NCBI GenBank assembly: GCA_016748015.1
Contig: JAAOMT010000176.1
Span: forward strand, 395,277-459,276
Origin: Geosiphon pyriformis uo1
Lineage: Eukaryota; Fungi; Glomeromycota
DNA: 64,000 nt
Reading direction: 5' to 3'
The position numbers were made by a program, and so were the translations under genes. How positions within the stretch are numbered: the first letter of the stretch is position 1; each line of letters begins with the position of its first letter. Below the pieces are notes generated by a model that was not told the origin of the DNA, did not search any database, and saw only the letters and a program-made list of their open reading frames with translations. This document shows positions 63,722 through 64,000 of this stretch, piece by piece.

Positions 63722-64000
63722 TGTTACCAGTAGAATTTTAGCTATTAATTAGCATGAAATTTCCTTTATAATTCCTATCATTAATTAGCATATATTATTA
63801 TCGTTTCGAATTTCACTTATTATTTAATCAAATTAGCAATTATCATCATTTAATCAATAACCCGATTTGGACCATAGAAATTGAGATGATCAATTTACAC
63901 AATACCCTGAACCATATAACATAGCCAAAATTCGCCGAAATTAATGAAAATTGGCCGAAATAATTCATAGTTCAGCGAAATAACTTGTAGTTCGCCGAAA
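63722..64000 (+). mobile_element. Start of a well-preserved family B LTR inserted in LINE ORF1 (runs off the window)
   Basis: tgttaccagtagaattttagc start as at 45515; CpGs retained in ttcgccgaaa repeats. Confidence 0.9.

Overview
AT-rich, intron-containing fungal DNA. The kinase family and TE types suggest Glomeromycotina/Mucoromycota, possibly Geosiphon-like (inference). The first 4 kb hold two housekeeping genes on the minus strand: the 5' part of the AP-2 mu subunit and a Cdk9/Bur1 kinase. The rest is a nested transposon field containing a divergent pair of Glomeromycotina-type kinases (one apparently intact, one a pseudogene) and extremely AT-rich tracts. Three degenerate LINE copies (APE-RT-RNase H) host three full-length Ty3/Gypsy elements of two related families (A: 10790-31608 and 49234-59416; B: 16567-26422 minus) and several solo or partial LTRs. 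The main result is an unusual three-ORF layout shared by both Gypsy families. ORF1 begins at a GTG and encodes Gag-protease-novel Cys-rich domain-dUTPase-RT-RNase H. Integrase is a separate ORF with its own ATG and a conserved LEPIVxI tail. A conserved ~220-aa ORF3 of unknown function lies before the PPT. All readable 4-bp TSDs have a central CA/TG/TA, and two reconstruct to ACGC. A ~120-bp CpG-intact copy of the structured LINE 3' end sits in an AT desert. Repeats show pervasive C>T/G>A decay.
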